Positions 48,915 through 57,852 of a stretch of 64,000 nucleotides of DNA are shown piece by piece. Both the position numbers and the translations under genes were made by a program. The stretch lies in assembly GCA_963796285.1 (NCBI GenBank), contig CAWCKW010000013.1, positions 200,409 to 264,408 on the forward strand, given 5' to 3'. Source of the DNA: Nitrospirota bacterium. GTDB lineage: Bacteria > Nitrospirota > UBA9217. Below the pieces are notes generated by a model. It saw nothing but the letters and a program-made list of their open reading frames with translations, had not been told where the DNA came from and ran no database searches. Position 1 is the stretch's first letter; every line of letters starts with the position of its first letter.

Positions 48915-49933
48915 TCTGTTAGTCGGCATAGAACAAAGGGGCATGGGGGAAGGATTCCCCTTTGCTTCCGGGGAAACTCATGAAGGGGCTGACCCCTTCG
49001 TGAAGCGAAGCGCATGAGATTTTGTCGCCGGCACCATGTTTTTTCTCCACATTTCGACAGTCCTCCCCCTGTAACTTTTTTCTTCAAACTCGACAATGTG
49101 CCTATTATTGTGTCTATGAGTCCGGATAAGTATTTCCTGCGCATCTTGAGTGTGGGGGACGATCGTCTCTCTCAGGCGTTCCGTAAATCTGCTGCATTGA
49201 CGATATGTTATAAACGGTCAGATATCGAGCGCATTTTGAAGCTGAAATTTTTCTAGTCACAATCTCAGAAACGCCGGGCTGTAACCATTTTTTCCCTCCA
49301 TGCAATAAGTTTTTTGCGCGTCATATTTTCTATAAAGTTTATATGTTATAATTGTTGAAAAGTCAGTTGAAATCTACTTATCTCGATCAAGGCGTCAAGA
49401 TCAATGATGTCGAAGGAGCATCCGGCGATTATCCTGCAGACAAGGTTTTTCGTTTATAGTACCAGAGTTGCCCCGGTTTTCTTGGACACTCCTTTATAAT
49501 GGAAAGGCGCTTGGTACAATTTTGACAATTTTACATTCTTCGAATGAAAATCCTATGTTTCGCATATTTCCATATATCTAATTGATTAGAAATAACTTTT
49601 ATTTTTTAGGGCTTGTCAGAAAATTTTACACCTCCAATTAATTATAATCAAGCATTTGAAATTAAACGGTTCCAATTTCTAGCACTTTAATTGCACGAAT
49701 ATAGTATATGAGCTTACCTTTTATATCAATTTTATCCATAAAAACATTCTAGATAAGAGATAAGCACTTCAGTCTGTATGAAACTAACTAGTCTTGTTAA
49801 AGCCGGGAAGAGAGTGATCCCGCTTGCACTTTAATTAGCATGTGCAAAGGGGGGCAAATGTAAGCGCTGAAGCAATATATTAATAAATTTCGCCCCATTG
49901 TATTGCTCAGTATCGCAAGAAAGGAGTCTAGAC

Positions 49934-50350
49934 ATGGTAAAATTAAATCCGTATTTAATAGTAATCATGATCGTACTCCTCATTATGTTCGGAGCCCATA
50001 TGGTGCACAGCCGGGTGGTTGATGGCTTGGAACACGAAAAGATGCACGCTGTGCGAACAATTGATAAGGAAATCCAAAAGCTGAAAATTCTCAAAGCCAT
50101 CATTGCTTGCGAGTCAAGCAACCGCCACGTAATCGGGACGTTATCTGAGGTAGGCGTAGACATCGGAAAATGTCAGATCAACACATACTGGCATGAAGCA
50201 AAGGCAGAGTCCATGGGATTGAACCTCTTCGACCCTGATGACAACATGGAATATTGCCTGTACCTTTTTAAGTCCGAAGGAGTTAAGCCGTGGAGGAGCT
50301 CTCAAGTCTGCTGGCAACAGGCGCTTGCGAAGGAAGATATATATTTTTGA
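49934..50350 (+). CDS. Small membrane-anchored protein with a lysozyme-like / transglycosylase-like motif
   Basis: SD AAGGAG lies 7 nt upstream of the ATG at 49934. There is an N-terminal TM segment (LNPYLIVIMIVLLIMFGA). The stretch IIACESSNRHVIGTLSEVGVDIGKCQINTYWHEAKAESMG resembles the CES...G..Q(I/F)...W pattern of Rpf/SLT-type domains. GC is low. Confidence 0.4.
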   Translation: MVKLNPYLIVIMIVLLIMFGAHMVHSRVVDGLEHEKMHAVRTIDKEIQKLKILKAIIACESSNRHVIGTLSEVGVDIGKCQINTYWHEAKAESMGLNLFDPDDNMEYCLYLFKSEGVKPWRSSQVCWQQALAKEDIYF

Positions 50351-50578
50351 CTGGTTCAAGAGAAACTGTACCTTAATAATTACATCTGGAATGGCATTGG
50401 AACTGTTTCCTGTTACGGATGGAAAGTTCGCGACTGACCATTCTTGGCCGATCAGAGTGACAAATTCTATTTCTTGTCGTATTTTTTCCCATTAACAGAG
50501 ACAATAATCTCTCAACGCCTGATCCCCGAGCGTTCTGCAAGTAAATCCTTCAGTAGAGATCCCACAATTCAGAAGACG

Positions 50579-50787
50579 TTAATGAGAGCGGTTTATGATC
50601 GCGTCGATCTGCTGCGATATGCCGTTCCGGAGCTGCGGCTCGGTCCAGAAGTTGTTCCCGATCTTCAGCACCTCGTCGTCGGTCCCCACGGCCTTGCCTG
50701 ACAGCCTTCGGGCTTGTGCCCGTAGCTCCCCAGGATGATAACGCTGACAAGACCCACCCTGCCGCTTGCTGGATATGACGTATTCAT
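50579..50787 (-). pseudogene. Short GC-rich reading frame of unknown function, interrupted by a frameshift
   Basis: MNTSYPASGRVGLVSVIILGSYGHKPEG continues in another frame as LSGKAVGTDDEVLKIGNNFWTEPQLRNGISQQIDAIINRSH. The 209 nt is 2 mod 3. I do not recognise the family. Confidence 0.25.
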
Positions 50788-50832
50788 AAAAAACGAACAG
50801 GACACACCTTAAATGTCAGGATAAAACTGTCC

Positions 50833-50862
50833 TTGACTTTGTGTCTACTATATTTGTATACT
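50833..50862 (+). promoter_or_regulatory. Possible sigma70-type promoter upstream of the double-PilZ gene
   Basis: TTGACT (50833-50838), an 18-nt spacer, then TATACT (50857-50862), about 200 nt upstream of the ATG at 51061. Confidence 0.35.
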
Positions 50863-51060
50863 TTACGAAAATCAAAGGGCCTCCGATGTCCCGCTGATGC
50901 GAACAGCGGCAATTTGTTACTGGTGTGCGCATAGATCCGGCCTTCTGAAGAACTGGAAATTATCCGTGGGAATAATTATGCACTAGGTTTTCCTTTGGAT
51001 GTACTTTTCTCGATTGTATCCAACGATTGAGTGCTATGAAATTGGAGTGACTATACGATC

Positions 51061-51768
51061 ATGCAGGATAAAAGGCGGTATAAGAGATTCCGTGTGGATT
51101 TAGTAGAAATAAACGGCCAGATGAGCTTGGCCGACAAAGTACAAATCCTTGACATCAGTCTCGGCGGAGTTTCATTGAAGGCTGACCGGAGACTGAATAT
51201 CGGCAAAGAATATTTGATCAAGCTTCAGGAAAAAGGGAAAAACCTTCAAGTGAAGGGCACCGTTGTTCGCTCCGAACTGAGCGGCATTGAACAGAAAGCC
51301 GACGGGCAAGGCGTCTCAATATTTACGGTAGGCATGATGTTTAAAGAAGGCTTTGCTGACAAGTTAGCCGATTTTCTTAAGCCTATTGAGCAAACGACAA
51401 AAAAAGAAGCAGCGCCGTCTGTTGCTGATCGGAGGCTCAATGTCAGGTTTAATATCACGACCCCCCAGGAGAAGATATTGAGTTATCCTTTACAGTTTAA
51501 GGTGAAATCAATCAGCTTGGGCGGCATGCTTATCCAAACCGAGCAGGCCGTGGAAATAAATAGTAAGATCCCCATGGAATTGTCACTGAAAGCTGACACC
51601 GCAGTTAAGTTTATCGGACGAGTTGCCTCATGCGCCACGACGGAATATACGGGTCAAGCTTACTATGACATAGGGGTAGAGTTCACCGATCTGGCGGATA
51701 AGGATACGAAGTTTCTCAAGACCTTCATAGACTATTTGGCGGGAATTGAAGCGAAAGACAAAGGATAA
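51061..51768 (+). CDS. Tandem PilZ-domain protein (putative c-di-GMP receptor)
   Basis: 235 aa with two RxxxR + (D/S)xSxxG pairs: RRYKRFR...DISLGG and RRLNVRF...SISLGG. Confidence 0.75.
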   Translation: MQDKRRYKRFRVDLVEINGQMSLADKVQILDISLGGVSLKADRRLNIGKEYLIKLQEKGKNLQVKGTVVRSELSGIEQKADGQGVSIFTVGMMFKEGFADKLADFLKPIEQTTKKEAAPSVADRRLNVRFNITTPQEKILSYPLQFKVKSISLGGMLIQTEQAVEINSKIPMELSLKADTAVKFIGRVASCATTEYTGQAYYDIGVEFTDLADKDTKFLKTFIDYLAGIEAKDKG

Positions 51769-51993
51769 AAAGCAAGCGAGACCATTGTTGTAACGCTGTC
51801 ATTGACTGCCCGCTGTTTACTGCATTCCCACTGCCCTGATCTCCATGCCCGTTCGGCCCGTAACTCTCTGCTCGAAAAATAAGCTCCATTGCTTCCGCAC
51901 CCTGTTCCACCTTCATCTTGCGATAAATGACAGGACAAAATAAAAAGGGCCTGGTTTTCCAGACCCTTTGACCTGATACGCTTAATAAAAACA

Positions 51994-52263
51994 CTATTCA
52001 ATATTGAACATTGCCACTTCCTTGAGCCCTGGCGTATACTGCCCTACTGGCACCAATTTCTTGTTGTCCTTGATGCAGCTGATGACCGTGTTCCAGAGTT
52101 TGGCGAGGTCTTCTTTTTCCTTGCCGGTTTCCGGCGTCATCTTGAGAAGTGTTCCTTCGATATCGATCTTCACTCGTTCCTCCTGAATAATATATTGTTC
52201 AACCTTAAATGATGTTCCCTGCTGGCTGCCTGTTAGTATGTAGAAGATTCGTGGATTGGTCAA
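51994..52263 (-). CDS. Hypothetical protein
   Basis: 89-aa ORF with low GC and no motif I recognise. It lies downstream of the macro-domain gene on the same strand. Confidence 0.4.
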   Translation of the reverse strand: MTNPRIFYILTGSQQGTSFKVEQYIIQEERVKIDIEGTLLKMTPETGKEKEDLAKLWNTVISCIKDNKKLVPVGQYTPGLKEVAMFNIE

Positions 52264-52398
52264 GTCATTTTTTTATCATCCCGGGGAGACCTGGTATCAA
52301 CAGCTATACTGCCATCCACCACAGTGTACGGTGTGAGCAACGCCCCGCCGCGACGAAATGATTGCTGCGATGCTTTAGTCCGGACAAGGTATCGATGA

Positions 52399-52935
52399 TT
52401 ACCGATATTCCAGCTCTGCTCTGAAGAACGCATAGGCCTCATTATCAAAAATACAGAACTCGACGAGTTCAAGCGGACCGGCTGGATTGCCTTGCAGGAA
52501 CGCGGCAGTCTCGGCCACCAGGATCTTCGCGCACCGGTCCTTGGGAAAACCGAAGATACCGGCGCTGATCGCAGGGACAGAGATGCTCCTGAGCCCTTGC
52601 TCCACGGCAAGGGCAAGCACGCTGTTGATCGCCCTCTTCAGCTTATCGTCCTCGTTGCCCTCTCCCATCCTCGGCCCAACCGCGTGAATGACGTAACGCG
52701 CTTTCAATTTTCCAGCCGTTGTGATCGCGGCACCGCCGACCGGCACATAGCCGATCTTGTCGCTCTCGTCCTGAATGACCTTTCCGCCTTTTCTCACAAT
52801 TGCCCCCGCAACCCCGCCGCCGTGCTGCAGATGGCTGTTTGCCGCGTTCACGATCGCGTCAACGTCGCGCTCGGTGAGGTCTGCAGACACAAGCCGGATG
52901 GTCGTCTTGTTGATCTTTTTTTCGATCGGATCCAT
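52399..52935 (-). CDS. Macro-domain protein (ADP-ribose binding / O-acetyl-ADP-ribose deacetylase-like)
   Basis: 178 aa, ...DVDAIVNAANSHLQHGGGVAGAIVRKGG...YVIHAVGP...SISVPAISAGIFGFP..., canonical macro-domain motifs. SD AGGAGG is upstream. Confidence 0.85.
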   Translation of the reverse strand: MDPIEKKINKTTIRLVSADLTERDVDAIVNAANSHLQHGGGVAGAIVRKGGKVIQDESDKIGYVPVGGAAITTAGKLKARYVIHAVGPRMGEGNEDDKLKRAINSVLALAVEQGLRSISVPAISAGIFGFPKDRCAKILVAETAAFLQGNPAGPLELVEFCIFDNEAYAFFRAELEYR

Positions 52936-53129
52936 GAAGCACCTCCTAACCTGGGCAAACCGGAACCAAAAGGCATGTCAGAGCGTGCAGGGGACGCACA
53001 GTTAGATGAAAAATCTGACAACGTATATTTTTTTCTCTTCGGTCTCTATGCATCGGTGAGACATTTTCTTGCCATTTTGAGAAGAATTTTATTCTTAACA
53101 AACTACAACACGCCGATACTGAATTATTA

Positions 53130-54398
53130 TCACCACGAAGGCCTCGAAGAAAATTTTTCCCTCTCCCTTCCTTCGAATATCCTCACCTTCCCGAACTCGC
53201 CATCATACCCCGGCGCGATTTGGATGTTCCCTGCTCTCATGCGCGAGACGGCCTCGCGGATGAGCGCTGTGCCGGCGCGCTCAATATCGTCGAGCGGTAC
53301 ATCCAGCAGTATCTTGAACTCGTTGCCGAGCCGTTCGAGCATGGGCAAATACAGGGCGTTCACCTTTTTCGTGTTCACCCCGCATTCCAAACCCTCGGCA
53401 ATGATCTCAGGCAAGGGGATGATGGAGGCATAGGAGGGCGCGCCCGCAAGCCTGAAGCCTTCTTCCCGGTCAGCAAGCTTCTCGACCCGGTGCATTACTC
53501 CCACGGTCACCTTCCTTCCGCATACCGGGCAGAGGTAATTATGGCATATCGTCTCTTTCGGCGTCAGGCTCACGCCGCAGTCCCGGTGGCCGTCGTAATG
53601 ATATTTCCCCTGCTCGGGAAAGAACTCGATGGTCCCGAGAAAACCTTTTCGCGTCTTGATGGCCTGCATGATTGCAGCATAGGTGATGTTCGTGTCGAGG
53701 ATATTCGCCTCGCGCCCGATCTTTGACGCAGAGTGGGCGTCGGAGTTCGAGACGAGCGTGATCGCATCAAGGGCCGAAAGCCGCCAATTCATGAGCGGGT
53801 CTGAGGACAGCCCGGTCTCGATGGCATGGATATGGGGTGTCAGCTCTTCGTAACATTCCTGAAGTGAATCGAATCCCGAAGCCGCGCCGAGGACGGAGAA
53901 GTGCGGCGTCCAGGCGTGGGCAGGGATAAGCATGGCATCGGGTGAAACGTCGAGGGTGATCTGAAGCAGCTTCTTCGCATCGAGCCCCAGGATCGGCCTG
54001 CCGTCGGAATTGAGGTTGCCGATCCTGGACAGGACTAGGTTCAAGCGCTCAGCCCTCGCGATGTCCGGCGCGAGGATAATGGAATGTACCTTTCGCGTCT
54101 TGCCGTTCTTGCTGTAGATGCTGCTGACCTCGGCCGACAAGATGAACGAAACCTCCGACTGGCAGGATTCGGGAACGTCGTCAGTCCAATACTTTTTCTT
54201 GAGTGCGAACAACCCGTTGCCGAGAGGGTCAAGCTTCTCCTTCAGTTCTTTGATCCACTGCGGATGGGTGAAATCCCCGGTGCCTATGACGGTGATGCCC
54301 TTGAGCTGCGCCCATTTCCAGATACCCTCCGGGCACATGTCCGGGCTCGTGGCGCGTGAATAGTGGGAATGGACGTGAAGGTCGGCAACAAATCGCAT
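53130..54398 (-). CDS. PHP-domain endonuclease Q-like protein
   Basis: The start is taken at MRFVADLHVHSHYSRATS (ATG at 54398). It has GTGDFTHPQW, ...NSDAHS..., and the zinc-finger-like CHNYLCPVCGRKVTVGVMHRV. This architecture matches my recollection of EndoQ-family proteins. Confidence 0.65.
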   Translation of the reverse strand: MRFVADLHVHSHYSRATSPDMCPEGIWKWAQLKGITVIGTGDFTHPQWIKELKEKLDPLGNGLFALKKKYWTDDVPESCQSEVSFILSAEVSSIYSKNGKTRKVHSIILAPDIARAERLNLVLSRIGNLNSDGRPILGLDAKKLLQITLDVSPDAMLIPAHAWTPHFSVLGAASGFDSLQECYEELTPHIHAIETGLSSDPLMNWRLSALDAITLVSNSDAHSASKIGREANILDTNITYAAIMQAIKTRKGFLGTIEFFPEQGKYHYDGHRDCGVSLTPKETICHNYLCPVCGRKVTVGVMHRVEKLADREEGFRLAGAPSYASIIPLPEIIAEGLECGVNTKKVNALYLPMLERLGNEFKILLDVPLDDIERAGTALIREAVSRMRAGNIQIAPGYDGEFGKVRIFEGREREKFSSRPSW

Positions 54399-54648
54399 GG
54401 CGGGATTATAACATGAAACTGTTTTTTTGCCACGGATTTGCACGGAAACGCGCGAACGAGGTCGGTTGGTAGTTTCTTGTCCCTCAGTTTATCCATGAAA
54501 GACCTCCCTCGTACGGATTTGGAACGCATCACTATCGCCTAGTTCACGGGTCACATCCAACTTACCATGACGCTTGACTTGGCCTCCTTATTCCGATAAG
54601 GTTTGGCGATATATCTTAATAATTGGTTACTATTACAGGGAGCAAATC

Positions 54649-54894
54649 ATGATCGACCGACAGTCCAACGATCCTCTACACGGCATCACTCTGGAAATGA
54701 TCCTTACCCAGCTGGTCGAACACTATGGTTGGGAAGAAATGGGAAGAATGGTCAAGATCAAATGTTTTACGAATGACCCGAGCATCAAGTCCAGCTTGCA
54801 GTTTCTGAGAAGGACCCCCTGGGCGAGAAGTAAAGTTGAAGCCCTCTATTTGAGATACAAAAGGGAGTCCGCGAAGAAACCGAAGAGTACGTGA
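54649..54894 (+). CDS. DUF2132 / VF530-family small protein
   Basis: From the ATG at 54649: [68 protein letters not shown].... Confidence 0.65.
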   Translation: MIDRQSNDPLHGITLEMILTQLVEHYGWEEMGRMVKIKCFTNDPSIKSSLQFLRRTPWARSKVEALYLRYKRESAKKPKST

Positions 54895-55112
54895 GCAGGG
54901 ATCGAGCAGCCTGACAGGCGAACAATGGGGTTGTTAACCATTGCAGCTGATGCACAAACTCGTTGTTGATCTCTCAGGTCGTAGAAAAAATACCAATGTC
55001 ACAAACTCGCACCCTGAAGGGTGCGGCTACCTTAATGAAAAATCATTGCCTCGGTATTGGTAGCCGCAGGCTTTAAACCCGTGGGCACCTTCTCCCCGCC
55101 CCGGTTGCTCCT

Positions 55113-55625
55113 TCATGATAGCGATCCGCTGTGGGACTCAAACCATCTCCGATCGGCCAGCACGACCGAGGTCTCTGTCTGCCGCTCGGGGATGGACCAG
55201 TATTTCCTGAGCAAACGGCCCTCCTCTTCCTTCGAGACCAGCTGAAAACCGTGCTTCTCGTAGAACCTGATGGCCCAGATCGCGGCTGCCCAGGTGCCGA
55301 CGAGCGTGGGACGCGTTGCGAGTGTTTTGAGATGGGCGATCAGCGTTCCGCCGATTCCCCGGCCCCGAAAGGCCGTGTTGACATAGGCGTGGCGGATGAG
55401 CGTTACGTCCTGCACATCTTGAATGCCCATGACGCCGACGATCTCCCCGTCTATTTCATGACCCCGGAAGATCACGCCCGCGTCTATCTCATGTCGAAGA
55501 TACGCCCGGGACATATACGGTTCTCTCCAGCAATCCGCAGGGATAACGCCCTTGTATGCCCGGGCGGAGTCGTTGATGATGGCGTAGAGTGTCTCGAAAT
55601 CGTTATCAGAGCAATGTCGGATCAT
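55113..55625 (-). CDS. GNAT-family N-acetyltransferase
   Basis: From MIRHCSDNDFETLYAII.... The acetyl-CoA motif is V..AFRGRGIGGTLIAHL and the C-terminus reads ...FYEKHGF. Confidence 0.75.
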   Translation of the reverse strand: MIRHCSDNDFETLYAIINDSARAYKGVIPADCWREPYMSRAYLRHEIDAGVIFRGHEIDGEIVGVMGIQDVQDVTLIRHAYVNTAFRGRGIGGTLIAHLKTLATRPTLVGTWAAAIWAIRFYEKHGFQLVSKEEEGRLLRKYWSIPERQTETSVVLADRRWFESHSGSLS

Positions 55626-55738
55626 GACCTCTCCGGTACCTTGTCCATCTCCCGGTAACGCCGCTTGCATGCAACCTGAAAACGGCAGTGAAGCATGGTG
55701 GACAGATGGACGCCGGGGAAAACCCGGCGCACCGTAAG

Positions 55739-55776
55739 AAAAAAAGGGTGAGCAGTCGATGAACGACTATTCACCC
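55739..55776 (-). terminator. Rho-independent terminator after the phosphofructokinase gene
   Basis: The reverse strand has the hairpin GGGTGAATAGTCG-TTCAT-CGACTGCTCACCC followed by TTTTTTT. Confidence 0.7.
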
Positions 55777-55807
55777 GTTACTTTCAACCCTTCACCTCTC
55801 TTTGGAT

Positions 55808-57043
55808 CTATTCCACCGCAACGACGAACTTCTTCTTGAAATCCGCTGGGCTCATCTTTGCCGTTGCTGCGAGTTTGTTGAGATTCTCTCCTTCCATGTC
55901 TTCCTTCTCGAGACGGATCATATACCGTCGCGCCATGTGGTAGTCATCGGCGGTCGTATCTACGACGCGGATGCGGGTCTTGCTTGTCTTGGGGTCCAGG
56001 AGGTCCGCGAACTTGATCGGAAGACAGATTCCGTCCTTTAACATGATCATGGCGCCGGTGCCGCCCGCGATCAGGAACCGCACGGCGCTGTAACCCAGAT
56101 AGCGCGTGTACTCGCGGTCAAAGGAGATGGGCGGATGGCAGCGAAGTTCATAGCCGATGTCCTTGGCAATGATGGTGGTCTTGAGCCCGAGGGCTTTCAG
56201 CTCCGCCGTTACCCGCTGTTTCAGCATATCGCCCAGCGGCACCTCGGCGAGGCGAATGTTGCCGTGCTCGTCCTTCGGCACGTCCTTCATGATCGTCAGC
56301 TCCGCGGGATCGAACCGGATGGCAACACCCTCGGCGATCACGGCCACGCCGTAATCCCTGCCCGTGGCCATGCGCTTGATGATGGCCCCCGTGAGGATGG
56401 CAACCACCTTGTTCAAGGAGATCTTGCTCCCGAGCTCCTCGGGAATGAGTGTCAGCGTCGCGCCGGCGCCCATTCCCATGCCGAGCGCCAGATGGCCGGC
56501 CGACCGGCCCATGGCCACAACGAAGTACCAGCGGAAAGCCGTCTTGGCGTCCTCCATCAGGTTTTCCACGAGCTGCGTACCCAGCTGCCGGGCCGTCTCG
56601 AACCCGAACGTCGGGACGCCGTGCGGAAGCGGCAGATCATTGTCGATGGTCTTCGGCACATGGCAGACAGCGATCTTACCTCCTGCCGCCTTCTCCACCT
56701 GCGTGGCGGTGAACGCCGTGTCGTCGCCGCCGATGGTGACGAGGTACTTGACGCCTAGCTCATTCAACGTCTTGATCACGTTGGCCATCTTGGCGGGATC
56801 CTTGGTGGGATTGTCCCGCGACGTGCGGATGATCGACCCGCCGCGCGTGTGGATGCGCGAGATCTCCTCGGGGTGCAGGATCCTGATATGCGACGCGTCC
56901 CCTTTGCCGAGCCACTTGAATCCGTCGTAGATGCCGACCACTTCCAGTCCCTGCTTCACCGCTTCGAACGTGACCGCGCTGATCACCCCGTTGATGCCGG
57001 GAGCGGGTCCCCCGCCGATAACTATTGCAAGTTTTTCTCCCAT
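55808..57043 (-). CDS. pfp: 6-phosphofructokinase with PPi-type active-site signature
   Basis: 411 aa. It has GGGPAPGINGVI, TIGGDDT (Asp at the position that is Gly in ATP-PFK GGDGS) and PKTIDND (Lys at the position that is Gly in ATP-PFK). Confidence 0.75.
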   Translation of the reverse strand: MGEKLAIVIGGGPAPGINGVISAVTFEAVKQGLEVVGIYDGFKWLGKGDASHIRILHPEEISRIHTRGGSIIRTSRDNPTKDPAKMANVIKTLNELGVKYLVTIGGDDTAFTATQVEKAAGGKIAVCHVPKTIDNDLPLPHGVPTFGFETARQLGTQLVENLMEDAKTAFRWYFVVAMGRSAGHLALGMGMGAGATLTLIPEELGSKISLNKVVAILTGAIIKRMATGRDYGVAVIAEGVAIRFDPAELTIMKDVPKDEHGNIRLAEVPLGDMLKQRVTAELKALGLKTTIIAKDIGYELRCHPPISFDREYTRYLGYSAVRFLIAGGTGAMIMLKDGICLPIKFADLLDPKTSKTRIRVVDTTADDYHMARRYMIRLEKEDMEGENLNKLAATAKMSPADFKKKFVVAVE

Positions 57044-57282
57044 GATCGCCTCCTGATCGGTCCTTCCTGATGGTTACGTCTGCTTCCGGTCCTTCTGTTC
57101 CACATCCCGCGCAAATGTAGCAAAACAAAGGGTACTTGTCAACCCTGAAACAGGCGCCGGGCCGATTCAATGGGGAACGCCGGTTTATTCATTTTTTCAG
57201 ACCGGTTGTCCGGATTTGTCATCCGGCCCCTGTGTCAATCTTGGATCGCCGTGTACAACGCGCGCGACTGAACAAAAATCGG

Positions 57283-57311
57283 TTGACACCTTCCGTCTAA
57301 CACGCTATTAT
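57283..57311 (+). promoter_or_regulatory. Possible sigma70-type promoter upstream of the ferritin-like gene
   Basis: TTGACA (57283-57288), a 17-nt spacer, then TATTAT (57306-57311), about 65 nt upstream of the ATG at 57376. Confidence 0.4.
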
Positions 57312-57375
57312 TTGCAGGCTACCAGCGCGGCAGTGCTGAGCGGGCATCCATTCTTTTTTTATAAGGGAGACCGGT

Positions 57376-57852
57376 ATGAACACCTATTCGATCGATGAAA
57401 TCATTGAGATGGCGATCCGGACGGAAACGCTCGGGTATCAATTCTACACCACTATGGCAGATAAGTTCAAGAAGGACGAAGGCCTTGCCAAGCTTTTTAC
57501 CACCCTGGCTTCGAAGGAAAAGGTTCATGAGAAGGTCTTTACCGAACTGAAGACGATGGTCGCGAAGAAAGGGGCCGAGCCGGTCGAGTGGGAAGAGGTG
57601 AGCAATTACATGCGGGCCTTTGTCGAATCTGAATTTTTCCTCGGCAAGGGCAAGGCCCTTCCGGCCATGGACCATGTAAAGACCGTGCAGGATGCAGCAA
57701 AATTCGCGATGGGGTTCGAAAAAGAGACGCTGCTCTACTTCCATGAGCTGCGGGACATCGTGAGAGAGAAAGAGATCGTCGACCAGGTCATCAACGAGGA
57801 AAAAAGCCACATCCGCTGGCTCGGTGCGTTCCTGGAGGGTCTGGGGAAATAA
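57376..57852 (+). CDS. Ferritin-like / rubrerythrin-family four-helix-bundle protein
   Basis: 158 aa with paired E...ExxH-type helices (IRTETLGYQFY...EKVHEKVF and FEKETLLYFHEL...EEKSHIRWL). Confidence 0.6.
   Translation: MNTYSIDEIIEMAIRTETLGYQFYTTMADKFKKDEGLAKLFTTLASKEKVHEKVFTELKTMVAKKGAEPVEWEEVSNYMRAFVESEFFLGKGKALPAMDHVKTVQDAAKFAMGFEKETLLYFHELRDIVREKEIVDQVINEEKSHIRWLGAFLEGLGK

Noticed and set aside
49020-49040. A possible att-type direct repeat of the tRNA-Leu 3' end: GTCGCCGGCACCA versus CGTCGGCACCA of the tRNA.
   Set aside because: The match is short and imperfect and lies only about 150 nt from the tRNA, so it would delimit almost nothing. I found no better copy near the far end of the low-GC islet.
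48617-49256. ORFs 48617-49144 (-), 48799-49017 (+) and 49014-49256 (+) as genes.
   Set aside because: The first two run through the tRNA-Leu gene and its terminator. The third has no RBS, an odd composition and no recognisable motif. At most, the region holds decayed fragments.
49300-49930. The AT-rich tract as a replication origin.
   Set aside because: It has only one near-consensus DnaA-box-like 9-mer and no cluster of boxes. No dnaA, dnaN or gidA neighbours are present, and the context is a tRNA-adjacent islet.
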